64,000 bases of DNA, taken from NCBI GenBank assembly GCA_002269645.1, contig NIVC01000275.1, positions 186,001 to 250,000 on the forward strand, written 5' to 3'. Made by a program: the position numbers and the translations under genes. The notes beneath the pieces were generated by a model. The model did not search any database, was not told where the DNA came from, and was given only the letters and a program-made list of their open reading frames with translations. Positions 1-30,556 of the stretch are shown here, piece by piece (the first letter of the stretch is position 1; every line of letters begins with the position of its first letter). Source of the stretch: Macrostomum lignano (Eukaryota).

Positions 1-480
1 GTATATTTCATATCAGAAAGTTACAGTCTGTACAAGCCAATCCGAATTCCGAAACAATAAAATACTGTTAAATTTAAGATTTTTCTCTCGCATCAAGAAT
101 ATCAACATCGGATAGTTAAAGTATTGAAAAATATTCACATGACAAATTTATAACGCAAAGGGTTACAGAGGGAGGCTGAAGTCAGGGGCAAGCCTGGGTG
201 ACAAAATTCGTTAGTGAAGCACTGCAGCGGCTCACAGTGCTACTCTGATTACATTTCACGTGGAATGTTGAAATCTGCGCAGTCTGTCTTTATTTTCAGC
301 TGGCTAATTAGTGTCTGCAATTTTATGCAATCGGCGGGCGGAGCTGCCAGTCACCAGTCTGCCGGGCAGGACTGCCTAATTCGACTGCTAATCCCCACCA
401 TAATAAAGTTTCGAACATCTTCGATACTTTACTTATTGGATTAAAATGTTCTGCTGGCCGAAAAATTCAGATGGTGAAGA

Positions 481-1429
481 GGAAAGAGTGGGGGCGAATG
501 GGAGAGAGTGGGAGAGAGTGGGAGAGAGTGGGAGAGAGCGGGAGAGAGTGGGAGAGAGTGGGAGAGAGTGGGAGAGAGCGGAAGAGAGTGGGAGAGAGTG
601 GGAGAGAGCGGAAGAGAGTGGGAGAGAGTGGGAGAGAGTGGGAGAGAGTGGGAGAGAGCGGGAGAGAGTGGGAGAGAGCGGGAGAGAGTGGGAGAGAGTG
701 GGAGAGAGTGGGAGAGAGCGGGAGAGAGTGGGAGAGAGTGAGAGAGAGCGGAAGAGAGCGGGAGAGAGCGGGAGAGAGTGGGAGAGAGCGGGAGAGAGCG
801 GAAGAGAGCGGGAGAGAGTGGGAGAGAGTGGGAGAGAGTGGGAGAGAGTGGGAGAGAGTGGGAGAGAGTGAGAGAGAGTGAGAGAGAGTGGGAGAGAGTG
901 GGAGAGAGCGGGAGAGAGTGGGAGAGAGTGGGAGAGAGTGGGAGAGAGTGGGAGAGAGTGGGAGAGAGCGGGAGAGAGTGGGAGAGAGTGGGAGAGAGTG
1001 GGAGAGAGTGAGAGAGAGCGGGAGAGAGCGGAAGAGAGCGGGAGAGAGCGGGAGAGAGTGGGAGAGAGCGGGAGAGAGCGGAAGAGAGCGGGAGAGAGTG
1101 GGAGAGAATGGGAGAGAGCGGGAGAGAGCGGAAGAGAGTGGGAGAGAGTGAGAGAGAGTGGGAGAGAGCGGGAGAGAGCGGAAGAGAGTGGGAGAGAGCG
1201 GGAGAGAGCGGAAGAGAGTGGGAGAGAGTGGGAGAGAGTGGGAGAGAGTGGGAGAGAGCGGGTGAGAGCAAAAGAGAGTGGGAGAGAGTGGAAGAGAGCG
1301 GAAGAGAGCGGGAGAGAGCGGGAGAGAGTGGGAGAGAGCGGAAGAGAGCGGGAGAGAACGGGAGAGAGCGGCAGAGAGTGGGAGAGAGCGGAAGAGAGTG
1401 GGAGAGAGTGGGAGAGAGTGGGAGAGAGC
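481..1429. repeat. 10-bp minisatellite (GGAGAGAGTG/GGAGAGAGCG)n downstream of the protocadherin stop
   Basis: Direct inspection; about 93 units. Confidence 0.97.
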
Positions 1430-1493
1430 AGTGGAGCCCAGCTTGGATCCGGCTGCACAAACGCGAGCGGGTTCCAGCCTCTCCGCAGCCGTA

Positions 1494-19929
<18,436 letters not shown>

Positions 19930-19934
19930 CTTCT

Positions 19935-20060
19935 TTTTCTGCTGCTGCTTTTGGCGTTTTTGTTGCTTTTGCTGCTGTTGCTTTTGCTGTTGTTGCTTTT
20001 GCTGTTGTTGTTTTTGCTGTTGTTGCTTTTGCTTTTGCTGCTTTTCCTGTTGTTGCTGCT
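19935..20060. repeat. Degenerate (CTG/TTG)n trinucleotide repeat just upstream of the protocadherin ATG
   Basis: Direct inspection. Confidence 0.85.
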
Positions 20061-21148
20061 TCTGCGTTTAGAGGATCGGAGAGTGATTTTGTTGTTTTTG
20101 CGTCCTTGGAGTGTCCGCAACCGTTGCTGCTGCTGCTGCCTCTCCACCGGCAGCTTCAGAGATTGCGGGCGAATCGCTGAATGAATCTGGGGGAGTCTGA
20201 GGGACTTATAGGCTAGAGATGGACGAGGAAAGAGAAGGGGAGCTGATGGGGCTCCCTCTTAAACCCTCGCAGCGTCCCAGCGCAGCTGGGAGGTGCGTGG
20301 GAAGGCTGAGATAGTGCAGGTCTGCGATAGGCTGCTTCTGGGGGGAGGGCAATTTCTTCTTCTTCTAGAAGATTGAAGCAACCAGGCCGAGGCAGCGGGC
20401 AGGCAGTTCAACGGGATTCTGTGTCAACAGAGCAAAGAGACAAGGATTGCAAATACGAATTCCCAATTCAATTCTTAAACTATACAGTTTTCTTTCAGAT
20501 TCTCGAACTGCCCGAATCTCCCCAGCTGTGTATCCGGCCTATCAGTTTGAGGATCTGGCAGTGCATATTGGTGGCCAGCGCTGTTTGTAGTTTGGGTGGG
20601 GGGGCAGCCGTGGACGTAAGAAGCAGCAGCAGCAGCAGCAGCAGCAGATTTCGGGAGGCCCCGGGGGCGGGCAGGCGGCAGACTGCAACTGGCCCGCAAG
20701 TGGCCGTTTGGCCTCGCCAGTGCCTCAGCGTCTTGGGATTTGCTAGGGGAGGGGGGGGTTTGGGTGGGAGCGGACTTAGGGATAACTGACCCGATGTGGG
20801 GCATCGGACAGGAACTGTTGGCGCGGTCTGCACTCGGACGAAAGATTCTATTCAGGTCTGGCGCTGTCCCAGTCCGGCCCATCCGGTAGTCAGATCCCGC
20901 CAACTGCCGGCGAAGTTATGGGTGCCAGCGAATCGAGTTAAAAGCAATTGAATTTACGTAGAAGGTAAAACGGGGGAGGAGGGAGTTTTCGCGATCCACC
21001 CCCCCCCTAGCAACGGGATATTTATGACGGCTTGCGATGGGCCGGCTTGGGCGCTTGGCAACCAATGTTTCGACGATAAAAGCGAAAATTTTCCTAATAC
21101 TCGCAACACGCGGAAAGATTTAATTCAATGCTAGTTTTGGCGCATCCA

Positions 21149-24100
21149 TAAACACACTGATCTGTGCCCTCTAAACACACTGATCTGTGCCCTCTAAACA
21201 CACTGATCTGTGCTCTCTAAACACACTGATCTGTGCTCTCTAAACACACTGATCTGTGCCCTCTAAACTCACTGATCTGTGCCCTCTAAACACACTGATC
21301 TGTGCCCTCTAAACACACTGATCTGTGCCCTCTAAACACACTGATCTGTGCCCTCTAAACACACTGATCTGTGCCCTCTAAACACACTGATCTGTGCCCT
21401 CTAAACACACTGATCTGTGCCCTCTAAACACACTGATCTGTGCCCTCTAAACACACTGATCTGTGCCCTCTAAACACACTGATCTGTGCCCTCTAAACAC
21501 ACTGATCTGTGCCCTCTGAACACACTGATCTGTGCCCTCTAAACACACTGATCTGTGCCCTCTAAACACACTGATCTGTGCCCTCTAAACACACTGATCT
21601 GTGCCCTCTAAACACACTGATCTGTGCCCTCTAAACACACTGATCTGTGCCCTCTAAACACACTGATCTGTGCCCTCTGAACACACTGATCTGTGCCCTC
21701 TAAACACACTGATCTGTGCTCTCTGAACACACTGATCCATGCCCTCTAAACACACTGATCCATGCCCTCTAAACACACTGATCTGTGCTCTCTGAACACA
21801 CTGATCTGTGCCATATAAACACACTGATCTAGGCTAATCCAATATAAACACACTGATCTAGGCTAAATCACTATAAACACACTGATCTAGGCTAATTTAA
21901 TATAAACACACTGATCTAGGCTAATCCAATATAAACACACTGATCTAGGCTAATCCAGTATAAACACACTGATCTAGGCTAATCCAGTATAAACACACTG
22001 ATCTAGGCTAATTCACTATAAACACACTGATCTAGGCTAATCCAGTATAAACACACTGATCTAGGCTAATTCACTATAAACACACTGATCTAGACTAATC
22101 CAGTATAAACACACTGATCTAGGCTAATCCAGTATAAACACACTGATCTAGGATAATCCAGTATTAACACACTGATCTAGGCTAATCCAGTATAAACACA
22201 CTGATCTAGGCTAATCCAGTATAAACACACTGATCTAGGCTAATCCAGTATAAACACACTGATCTAGGCTAATCCAGTATAAACACACTGATCTAGGCTA
22301 ATCCAGTATAAACACACTGATCTAGGCTAATCCAGTATTAACACACTGATCTAGGCTAATCCAGTATAAACACACTGATCTAGGCTAATCCAGTATAAAC
22401 ACACTGATCTAGGCTAATCCAGTATAAACACTGATCTAGGCTAATTCACTATAAACACACTGATCTAGGCTAATTCACTATAAACCGCCTCTTGACCTCT
22501 TCATCAGGGGTGAGGCGGCTAGAACGACGCGGCGTCTAATTGATGCCGGCGTCAAATTCATTTACATGAGAGCACCTGCTAAGCGGAACCTTGTCCCGCA
22601 TAGCGATCTGTGCCTCAACTTTCTCAACGAGTGTCAGGCCAATCGCGTCTTCACCGATGGCATTGCCTCAACGCTCAACCTGAGACAGCGCTACTCCGTA
22701 GCTATCGACTCGCGCGATAACATCAATGACCATTGGAACCCTGGTGAGCTTCATTGCTACACCGACGGTTCTAAGCAGTCAGCCAACACCGGCTTTGGTG
22801 TTGGAATCTTTCTGAACGGGAGGGTCATCGCTACCCACGCTCAATACACTGGGGTCAACTCCAGTGTTTTCCAAAATGAAGTTCTGGCCATCAGCTCCTG
22901 CACTGCAGAGCTTCTCGCCACTGGCGTTACTGGTAAGAACATCATTTTCCATTCGGACAGCCAAGCTGCCTTGCACGCCATCAGTGGCTGCAGCACCAAC
23001 TCTGCTACAGTCCTTGACTGTATCAAACTCCTCAACGTGTTGGGTTCCGCCAACAAAATTACCCTTAAGTGGGTTCCGGGGCATGTGGGGATCCGAGGAA
23101 ATGAGTTGGCTGACACCCTTGCAAAAGTTGGTGCCTCCGGCTCCTCTCTCGGCCCCGAACCTCTTGTCCCGATTCCTGGCTGTGTCATCGACTCGCGCAT
23201 CAAAGCGTGGATCAGGACTCAGCACCGCTCGACTTGGGCGAACCGCACTACCTGCAGGCAATCCAGAGGCGCTGTCCCTCAGCCCTCTCACCAGCTCCGG
23301 AAGCTCCTCTTGCGCCTCTCGCGCAGAGACATCCGGGCTGCCACCATGAACCTCTCTGGTCACGGCTGCTTCTCCAGGCACCAGCACCTGCAGGGCAACG
23401 CCACCAACGCCACCTGTAGTTTCTGCAACTCAGGTGACGAAACCGCTGAGCATTTCGTCAGCATCTGTCCCGCCTTCACGCGGGCCAGACTCACTTACCT
23501 CGGGCCACACACATCTATTACTGAAGCGTGCAAACCCGAAAACTTTAATCAGCTCATGCGCTACCTTCGGGCCACCCGCAGGGCTGAACTCTCCTTTCCA
23601 GAGAGCACCATAGCTGCTGGCGACACTGGGGGACCTCCCTGGGCGGCGCCAACCCTCCGTCCATAGCGACGCGTCGGCCGTTCAGGGACTAGCGGAATGG
23701 GCGCCCGCGCCTTCCCGCTGTGTCCCCTCCGGGACAGCCCTGCAGCTAAGTCAAGTCAAGGCTAATCCAGTATAAACACACTGATCTAGGCTAATCCAGT
23801 ATAAACACACTGATCTAGGCTAATCCAGTATTAACACACTGATCTAGGCTAATCCAGTATAAACACACTGATCTAGGCTAATCCAGTATAAACACACTGA
23901 TCTAGGCTAATCCAGTATAAACACACTGATCTAGGCTAATCCAGTATAAACACACTGATCTAGGCTAATCCAGTATAAACACACTGATCTAGGCTAATCC
24001 AGTATAAACACACTGATCTAGGCTAATCCAGTATAAACACACTGATCTAGGCTAATTCACTATAAACACACTGATCTAGGCTAATTCACTATAAACACAC

Positions 24101-24195
24101 TGATCTAGGCTAATTCACTATAAACACACTGATCTAGGCTAATTCACTATAAACACACTGATCTAGGCTAATTCACTATAAACACACTGATTTAA
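21149..24195. repeat. Composite satellite: 23-mer (TAAACACACTGATCTGTGCCCTC)n to about 21810, then 29-mer (TAAACACACTGATCTAGGCTAATCCAGTA)n, interrupted by the retrotransposon at 22486-23760
   Basis: Shared 15-bp core TAAACACACTGATCT. Confidence 0.96.
22486..23760 (+). mobile_element. 5'-truncated non-LTR retrotransposon with RNase H and C-terminal CCHC knuckle (I/R1 group, LOA-like), inserted in a satellite
   Basis: Uninterrupted frame 22485-23666 beginning PPLDLFIRGEAARTTRRL (post-RT motif). RNase H motifs YTDGSK, QNEVLAI, SDSQAAL, WVPGHVGIRGNELAD; knuckle CSFC...HFVSIC. Tail GCTAAGTCAAGTCAAG. Probable 17-bp TSD (22469-22485 / 23761-23777, 2 mismatches). Confidence 0.92.
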
Positions 24196-25545
24196 ACGCC
24201 TGTAAACACAGCTCTCACAGGTAAACACAGGTTGAATTGACCTGAACTCAACCGTGTCCCAGCCAGTCTTATTTCCCAGCTCAGACTGACAGCTCAGCAG
24301 CGCGGACCTCATCGATCCCTTTACAAGTCTTGCCCCAATGAATGACTGACAGACCTCATCGCTGAAAGAAAACAAATTTTTTTAGTTGCAAGCAACAAAA
24401 CTTGCAGCGGCAAAGAAGCACATTCTCTAAAAGAGAAAAATCAATCAAGCCCGCTCGGGCTCTCGCAAGGAACACCTGGCCTGATTGCTCTGTTGAGCTG
24501 CTAAAGAGATGCCGCCGCATTTGAGGGCTTGAGCCCGGCCAACAAGTCCAATACAAGTTGAAGTGGTTGCTATGCGTATTGAGCACTTACCTGCATCTCT
24601 CAGTGTGCAGGTCGGAATGTGCCGCGTAGCACAAACTGGACCGTTTCAAGAAGCTAAAGGGTAGTTGAAGCTGCTTCCCGCAACACCCCAGGATAGAGCA
24701 GTTGCTTTGAAAAGGTTTGAAAGGCCAATGGACTGCTCAGACCAATGAACTGCCAGCAGGATGTCAGAGTGATGGGGCACTTCCAACTCTCCCTGATCCC
24801 AGGATGCTGAGCCCTGTCAGAGATGAGGAAAAGTCAGGCTACGAGGCAAGGAAAAGTCACAATGAATGAATGATGACTGGATAATGGATGCTGAGCTTAC
24901 AGACTGGAGTGAAAGTGGTTCATTACTCAACTACCTGATGAGTAATGATTTATTAATGAGCCCCAGCTCCCCCCACCGCACAGCTGGTGACAAATTCAAC
25001 TTCTTGCCTGCAGGGCTATCAGTTTCTGAGCACAAAACTGACACTGTCCAACAGATGGACTTTCTCCCCTTTCCATTCCTCATCCTCCCTTTCAGCCTCT
25101 TCTTCCTTCGCCTCAGAACCCGCCTGCCCGTCTGCTAAATGCGACTTCACGAAGCGGCAATTAGGCAATCTGGCTGCTGGGGGAGGGGGGCTGGCCGAGC
25201 AGATTCGGCCGAACTGATAAACTTGTCCGAGCTGAGCCCGCGGAGACTTTTGCATGGCTTCTGTAGCCAGCCTCCCCCCGACTCGATGGGTTGAGTTGAT
25301 AGGAGGGCTGGGGTAATGAATACCATGTGTTTGCTTCCATCTTGAGCCCTGCCGGGCATTGCCCCAGTCCGTGTGAAATGCGCTTTGAAAACAACAGCAA
25401 ATACATTGTAACTGCAAGTCAGAGCCGCTGTAGACTCTGAGTGAGCTCGGGGGTCAGCTGAATGGCCGTGAAAGCCTTCTGAATATTGACTGACGCTGCC
25501 TGAATCTGCTGCACGATGGGAGGTTTCATCTTTCGGCTAAGACCG

Positions 25546-26869
25546 CGCTCCACCCTGTCTCACCCTGTCTCAACCTCTCTCACCCTCTCTCACCCTCTCT
25601 CAACCTCTCTCACCCTGTCTCACCCTCTCTCACCCTCTCTCACCCTCTCTCACCCTCTCTCACCCTCTCTCACCCTCTCACCCTCTCTCACCCTCTCTCA
25701 CCCTCTCTCACCCTCTCTCACCCTGTCTCACCCTGTCTCACCCTCTCTCACCCTCTCTCACCCTCTCTCAACCTCTCTCACCCTCTCTCACCCTCTCTCA
25801 ACCTGTCTCACCCTGTCTCAACCTCTCTCACCCTGTCTCACCCTGTCTCAACCTCTCTCACCCTCTCTCACCCTCTCTCAACCTCTCTCACCCTGTCTCA
25901 ACCTCTCTCACCCTCTCTCAACCTCTCTCACCCTCTCTCCTCATCCTCTCTTACCCTCTCTCCTCACACTCTCTCACCCTCTATCACCCTATCTAACCCT
26001 CTCTCAACCTCTCTCACCCTCTCTCACCCTCTCTCACCCTGTCTCAACCTCTCTCACCCTCTCACCCTCTCTCACCCTCTCTCATCCTCTCTTACCCTCC
26101 CTCACCCCTCTCACCCTCTCTCCTCATCCTCTCTTACCCTCTCTCCTCACACTCTCTCACCCTCTATCACCCTATCTAACCCTCTCTCACCCTCTCTCAT
26201 CCTCTGTTACCCTCTGTTACCCTCTCTCACCCGCTCTCACCCTCTCTCCTCACCCTCTCTTATCCTCTCTCACCCTCTCTCCTCACCCTCTATCACCCTC
26301 TCTTCTCTTACCCTCTCCTTTCTCTCTCCTCACCCTCTCTCACCCTCTCTCACCCTCTCTCCTCACCCGCTCTTCTCACCCTCTCTTACCCTCTCTCACC
26401 TCTCTCTCCCTCTCTCCTCACCTCTCTGCTCACCCCCTCTCACCCTCTCTCACCCTATCTTACCCTCTTTCACCCTCTCTTATCCTCTCTCCTCACCCTC
26501 TCTCACCCTCTCTCCTCACCCTCTCTCACCCTCTCTCCTCACCCTCTCTCCTCATCCTCTCTTACCCTCTCTTACCCTCTCTCACCCTCTCTCACCCTCT
26601 CTCCTCACCCTCTCTCAACCTCTCTCACCCTCTCTCCTCACCCTCTCTGCTCACCCTCTCTCACCCTCTATCACCCTCTCTTATCCTCTCCATCAGTCAG
26701 TCATTCAGTCAGTCAGTCAGTCAGTCAGTCAGTCAGTCAGTCAGTCAGTCACCCACTCACTCAAGTCAGTCAGTCAGTCAGCCAGTCAGTCAGTCAGTCA
26801 GTCAGTCAGTCAGTCAGTCAGTCAGTCATTCAGTCAGTCAGTCAGTCAGTCAGTCAGTCAGTCAGTCAG
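25546..26869. repeat. (CTCTCACCCT)n low-complexity array followed by (CAGT)n (26693-26869)
   Basis: Direct inspection. Confidence 0.93.
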
Positions 26870-27156
26870 TGAGATATTCGCAATTTCTGGCCTCAAGCTG
26901 TCCAGCGAGGCGAGCTTTGGGTCCGCATCTTCAGCGCCCAGTTGCATTCGGGCGAACCCAGTCGTGAAATGGAGCGGTTGATCGCAGCTCGCGACTGGAG
27001 CAGTTTTTTTACTCTGGCTAATTGGCTGCTTGGGTTGGGGGGCAGGGCAGGACTTTTCTGTTTCTTTGAAACAGACACCTCTGCGTCTGCTTGCGGCTTT
27101 GCAGATGACTTTAATTATTACCTTGTAGTGAACCGGCGTTTGTATCACCTCAGAAG

Positions 27157-27212
<56 letters not shown>

Positions 27213-27231
27213 GCCAGACAGACAGACAGCC

Positions 27232-27276
<45 letters not shown>

Positions 27277-27277
27277 C
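27157..27277. repeat. (CAGA)n microsatellite
   Basis: Direct inspection. Confidence 0.95.
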
Positions 27278-28909
27278 ACTGAAAGGCCCAAAGCCAGCTC
27301 CACTGCCAGATCAAAAGATCAGCGGCTCGCCCTCAAGCAAGGCAGCAGGTGCTCAGAAACTGTTGTGTTTTATTTCTCTTATTACCCACTGCTCCCCCCC
27401 CAAGCGCGGCACGCAGTGTCTCTGCATTGAGCCTCTCCCTGGTCTGTTATCTAACCCTCCCCCGCTTTCCCGGGCCACTTCCTGTGTCAGTCAAGGGCTT
27501 GAATATTCGAATTCTCTGGCGCAGCAGCCGGTGTTGCTAAGCGTATTAGCTGGCTCGAGTGAGAGGGCCGCCGACTTCACCTGCTGGCGGCGTAAGAGAG
27601 AGCCGCTCTGTCAGCTGCTGTCGCTCTGAGGTGAGTCCGCGGCTGCCCTTGTGAATATCACAGCTCATTGCTCCCCTTGTGAGTGGATAAAAGGCCACGG
27701 CTCTCAAGGCTAATTTCCTGCCAGTCTTGAGTCAAGCAAAATCTTTGATTGAGATCGCAGGGCCGGACTCTGAGTTCCATTTTCTTTGCTTGGAAGTCAA
27801 AAAAAATCGCTGACTCAGTTCTTCACCTCGGTTTCTCTTCCTCGTGGGAGGGCTGTGGGGCACAATGGAGCAACGCCTTTGTCGAAATCAACCCAAGCTC
27901 AACAAGGATGAGGCAGGCGATTCTGCCAATTCTGACACAAGCTCCAAATGCATGCGGCCCCGCACCGAATCGAAAATAGGGGTTGCGGCGCGAGAGTCGG
28001 ATCGGTACGTCCCGTAGTTGCTAGGGCGATGCCACAGACACTTGACTAAAAATTGGGATAACTATATACCTCTGTGAGGAAATATCAGGATTATATTGTT
28101 GAGAATCTGAGTGAGCGCTGGCTGAGAGGCTCTGGAAGGCAGCCAGCAATCAGGCTTTGATTGAAAGCAGCTAAGAAAGGCCGGGGAAGTGAGGGTCGGT
28201 GGGCCGGGGGACACGGGGCACCCGGCGACTCAGCTGACGGCGGGCGCGTGGGGGCCTCCCGCCGCACTCCCGGTCCGGCTGCTGGACGCGGCATCGCGTT
28301 TCCTGGGAATTTCAAAGACGCCCAACCCCACCCTAAGGCCCTTTTTCCCGCGAAACCTTTTCCACGGACGGGAAGTGCCGGGCTGCTGGCTGGGGGATTT
28401 TTTTTGACGCTGGACTTCTCGTAGGGAATAAAGGATTCGAAAAATGAAGGAGAAATAAGATTGAGGGGAGGGGAGTGGGGGATGCAGGGGCGCCGGGGTC
28501 GCCTGACCCCCCCCCCCAGACGGACAGACGGGGAGTCTGAAATTGAAAGGACCCCCCTGCCCCAGTCCAGCACACAATCGGCCAAAGCGGGTGCATCGGC
28601 ACACAATTTCCTTTTTCATTCCTTCATCCTCCAGCATGAGGAGGGAGGAGCAACTTTTCCCTGAACCCCGGCTGCTCCCCGCCCTCCCCAACCTGCTGCC
28701 GGCCAAGTTCGGCAGTTTTGAGAAATGGAGATTCCTGCCTTTAGATGAGGCACTGAATCTGGGAAGCTTTCCTTAGAAAGCACTGTTCTCATCGTTGCCA
28801 TTAACTGCAATCTCATTTTTCAACTATTAGTTTCTGTGGTTAAAATTTTCAATACAAAAAATGAAGCTTTATTTAGGAAAAATATGAAGTTCTCATTTTT
28901 CATGCTCTC

Positions 28910-29275
28910 ATTTCTTTTGCTCTCACATTTCTCTTGATCTCTCATGCTCTCATTTCTCATGATCTCTCATTTCTCATGATCTCTCATTTCTCATGATCTC
29001 TCATTTCTTATGATCTCTCATTTCTTATGATCTCTCATTTCTCATGATCTCTCACTTCTCATGATCTCTCATTTCTCATGACCTCTCATTTCTCATGATC
29101 TCTCATTTCTCATGATCTCTCATTTCTCATGATCTCTCATTTCTCATGATCTCTCATTTCTCATGATCTCTCATTTTTCATGATCTCTCATTTTTCATGA
29201 TCTCTCATTTCTCATGATCTCTCATTTCTCATGATCTCTCATTCCTCATGACCTCTCATTTCTCATGACCTCCCT
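28910..29275. repeat. 17-bp minisatellite (GATCTCTCATTTCTCAT)n
   Basis: Direct inspection. Confidence 0.93.
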
Positions 29276-29906
29276 TTTCTCATGCTCCCATATCTTATAC
29301 CCTCATTTCTCAGTCATGCTGTCATGCTCTCATCTGTTAATATTTCTCAGTTCTCATGCAATTTGATTTCAGATTGCTTCAGTCGAAGCATTAAATTTCT
29401 CGCGCTATTTTGTGTCTTTATTTGTCGCACAAAATTTGTAGACAAGCCCCGGTCCCAGCGGAAGCTGGAAAGGCATGCGCACGATGAGGCAGTGAACTTG
29501 AAACTCATCGCTTTCTTTCTCAAACCTGAACTCCCCCCCCCAGTCGCCTCAATTGCCATGCCCCCTGCTCATTTGAGAACACAAACTCGAGGACGAATAG
29601 ATGAAGAAGCGGGCAGCCCAGCTGCCTCACACACAGAGAAGAGGGGCGCCCGGGAAGCCGGGTTCGCGGGCTGGAGGGCCATCGTGCCGAGCAAGAGCGG
29701 CGGCTCGCGACAAAAAATCAGGTAGCCAAGGGGGAGATGATGAGGGAAGCTGACCTGGTGCAACTCGCCAGCTCACAAAACCCAGAATCTCGAGGGAGTT
29801 GAAGTGGCTGAGGTGAAGGCCAGGGCAGCAATGCTTTGCTAATATTGCAAAAAAACTCGACAGCATACTTCAGATTGGGAGTTGACTAGCGTGCGTCATT
29901 TGGGGA

Positions 29907-30556
29907 AGTCTGATTGCATTGTGTTTACAGTCTGATTGCATTGTGTTTACAGTCTGATTGCACTGTGTTTACAGTCTGATTGCATTGTGTTTACAGTCTG
30001 ATTGCATTGTGTTTACAGTCTGGTTGCATTGTGTTTACAGTCTGGTTGCATTGTGTTTACAGTCTGATTGCATTGTGTTTACAGTCTGGTTGCATTGTGT
30101 TTACAGTCTGGTTGCATTGTGTTTACACACTGATTACATTGCGTTTACAGTCTGATTGCATTGTGTTTACAGTCTGATTGCATTGTGTTTACAGTCTGGT
30201 TGCATTGTGTTTACAGTCTGGTTGCATTGTGTTTACACACTGATTACATTGCGTTTACAGTCTGATTGCATTGTGTTTACAGTCTGGATTGCACTGTGTT
30301 TACACACTGATTGCACTGTGTTTACAGTCTGATTGCATTGTGTTTACAGTCTGATTACATTGAGTTTACACACTGATTACATTGAGTTTACACACTGATT
30401 ACATTGTGTTTACACACTGATTACATTGAGTTTACACACTGATTACATTGAGTTTACACACTGATTGCATTGAGTTTACACACTGATTGGATTGTGTTTA
30501 CACACTGATTACATTGAGTTTACACACTGGATTGCACTGTGTTTACACACTGATTG
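29907..30556. repeat. 22-bp minisatellite (AGTCTGATTGCATTGTGTTTAC)n
   Basis: Direct inspection. Confidence 0.95.

Noticed and set aside
22485-22520. Hairpin CCGCCTC...GAGGCGG at the 5' end of the retrotransposon as a ribozyme or terminal structure
   Set aside because: It lies within the coding motif PPLDLFIRGEA at a truncation point and is GC-rich. No HDV-like fold is evident.
27900-28800. GC-rich block with several overlapping 60-170 aa ORFs
   Set aside because: No recognisable domain or consistent splice structure; the ORFs are expected from GC content alone.
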